NCBI RefSeq assembly: GCF_006345805.1
Contig: NC_043020.1
Location: forward strand, 6,138,001-6,202,000
From: Octopus sinensis
Lineage: Eukaryota
Direction: 5' to 3'
DNA: 64,000 bases
This document shows, piece after piece, positions 61,957-64,000 of the stretch. How positions within the stretch are numbered: the stretch's first letter is position 1; every line of letters begins with the position of its first letter. Below the pieces are notes generated by a model. It made no database searches. It was not told where the DNA came from and saw nothing but the letters and a program-made list of their open reading frames with translations. The position numbers and the translations under genes are program-made.

Positions 61957-62185
61957 AGTAAAACTTCCCAGCCAAGACCCAGTAACTTCTGTCATGTCTG
62001 CAAAGAAGTGTTTGGTTTGGTATTGTGATAAATGACAAGACCCTCACAATTAGCAGGTGCTGGACACTTCTAGTGCATTATTGCATTTGATTTGTCTAGC
62101 TGGTCACAGTACATATCTGAATCGAAGGTCCTGTCAATGGGAAGAAGCTCATGAAAGACAACACCCTTCCAATCCCACCAAACTT
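61957..62185 (-). mobile_element. Mariner transposase catalytic-region remnant
   Basis: WWDWKGVVFHELLP...DSDMYCDQLD...KP.TSLQT.QKLLGLGWEVL. Confidence 0.75.
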
Positions 62186-62234
62186 CTTCAGGTAACTCCC
62201 TGCTTTGGAATTCGTTTATGGTAATTCATCATGG

Positions 62235-62454
62235 CAGTGGTTTTCAACCAGGGTTCTGCGGAACCTCAGGGCTCCGCCAGTACAGTCCAGGGGTTCCGCA
62301 AGAATTTACAAAACTGCTAAAATCGGCAGTAATTTTTAATTCTCCTGTGCAGATATGTGTGCATAAGACTATTAAGTTATTGCACAGGGGTTCCTCGAGC
62401 CAGTGGAATGTTTCCTTGGGGTTCCGCTCCAGCAAAAAAGGCTGAAAAGCACTG
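62235..62454. mobile_element. hAT-like MITE
   Basis: CAGTGGTTTTCAACC...GGCTGAAAAGCACTG termini; degenerate 8-bp flanks CATCATGG / CACCATGC. Confidence 0.6.
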
Positions 62455-63066
62455 CACCATGCTGATGCCATAATCGTTTCACTTCACATTGTTATAAAAA
62501 ATCTATTTTTCATCCCCTGTAAGCCCATCTTCAAGGGGGTGCACTGGACAGTAACGGCCCCCTTCACTATTCAATAGTGCACCCTTAAATTTAGAAAATA
62601 CAGTTTACAAAAATTTTTCTGCAATACAAATTAGTGCTCACCCAGAATAGTCTGAAGCACCTCTAAGCACCAAAATTTGGTGATGGGCCTGGTCCCCTGT
62701 CACCATTCTCTTCAAAAAAAGGATTATTTTCTTCACGTTTCTGCAATGAATCACAGATGGAAATCCCTTGGGTGAGGTTAACCTCATTCAAACATCAAGC
62801 TTGCTGATGATACCAAGTTGATGCAGATGGTTTCCAACACTCAATTTGGTTACTTGAAGAACATCTGCAGGCATCCTGGTTGTACACTTGAGGCCGGCGT
62901 TGACTAACTCTTTTGTTTTGTTACTAAATCTCAGATGGCCAGCCAGACCAAAAAAATTCCCCAATTAAAATCTTAAAAACCACTTCTAGCATGCACACGT
63001 TGTCACAGGCATCCTCTCCTTACACAACAAATATTCCTGCAGGCTTTTGCCATGTTCTTGCCTTCT

Positions 63067-63294
63067 TTAACCCTTTTGTTACTAACCCGGCCAAAACCGG
63101 CTCTGGCTCTGTGGTAAAATGTCTTGTTTTCATAAGTTCTGAGTTAAAATCTTCCACCAAACCTTAGTCACAATTTATGTTCATAACACTAGCTTGATGA
63201 TAACTAAGTTATTTTACTAAATTCTTTGTTATATTTAAAATAATTGAAAGAAACACAGAGCATCTCAAAATAAATACAGTAATGAAAGGGTTAA
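63067..63294 (-). mobile_element. Solo piggyBac-like MITE, same family
   Basis: TTAA-CCCTTTTGTTAC...GTAATGAAAGGG-TTAA. Confidence 0.8.
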
Positions 63295-63561
63295 AATGGA
63301 AAAAAAAAAAAAAGGGCCGCAAGGTGTCAGTAATGTTCATTCTCATTTTCCATTTTCAGGGTGATATTCCAAACACAAAATACAACCTGTCTCATTGCAA
63401 GCTCACATGAAACTACAATGCAGTGTTAGGTATCTAACAAGTGCACCAAGGGACAAGCTGAAGTTGGCTACTAATTAAAGTATATGAAGTTTAGCATTGA
63501 CATAATCTAAACAAACTTCTTGACTGACTAAACCACTTATTAGTCATTCAAAAACTGTTAA

Positions 63562-63918
63562 TCTATATATATAAAGTTGAAGTCGTCTGTGTCTGGCAGG
63601 TTTGGTAGCCTTCAACTAACACTATCTCCTCCGAGACCCTGCTGCGCAAGTTCACCAAAATTGAGAGTATGATAGAAGATAAAATTCAAATCAGACCGTG
63701 TTAACACCAAAAATTATTTACATCAAAAAGGTGATTTTTTTCTATGAAAATCCTTATTTTTTACGATTTTTTGACTGCTGTGTTGCCATTTTTCGGTGTA
63801 TTTCAACCAGAAAAATGTTCACTTAAAGAGAATAACAAGCTACATAATGCAAAATTTTTACTTTTCAAAAATTCCAATTCTAAAGGGTCAAAACAAACCC
63901 GAGCAACGATACTGCTAG
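63562..63918 (+). mobile_element. Non-autonomous Helitron
   Basis: A|TC start, CTAG|T end with half of the hairpin deleted; 3' two-thirds shared with the 28746 copy. Confidence 0.75.
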
Positions 63919-64000
63919 TTAGTTCACTTACACATTGTTTCATGTGAAAATTTCCATTGCATATATTATGATCTGGTCACTGACATATTTCCATTGCAAA

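Noticed and set aside
62790-62860. LADDTKL RT-like motif
   Set aside because: Isolated heptapeptide with no flanking RT motifs visible; at most a very old LINE scrap.
63360-63430. Plus-strand exon-like segment (TTTTCAG|G ... TAG|GTATCT)
   Set aside because: Stop codons in every frame.

Overview
This is AT-rich eukaryotic DNA packed with tRNA-derived SINEs, RTE-type LINE remnants, mariner/piggyBac/hAT MITEs, non-autonomous Helitrons and microsatellites. I recognise this repeat landscape as octopod cephalopod (Octopus-like). One protein-coding gene is well supported: a minus-strand SPATA2/Tamozhennic homologue. It has two coding exons (27078-26800 and 13405-12164, about 506 aa) encoding an N-terminal PUB-like domain and two C-terminal RanBP2-type zinc fingers, with a candidate promoter near 32.1-32.6 kb. 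The most notable hidden signal is a set of three unrelated type I hammerhead-ribozyme folds. The one at 59612-59706 has an intact core, a GUC cleavage site and a long stem-II extension. The one at 14557-14640 has a near-intact core and lies antisense in the SPATA2 intron. The one at 17757-17791 is core-dead and lies sense in the same intron. Other observations: a composite TTAA-MITE pair carrying a cargo that occurs twice in the window; an RTE 3' UTR that repeatedly seeds minisatellites (26, 62/124, 63 and 100 bp units); SINE concatemers with an identical junction at independent loci; several long palindromes; RFX X-boxes; and low-confidence exons of a possible second gene. All alignments and folds were done by eye, and repeat boundaries are approximate.
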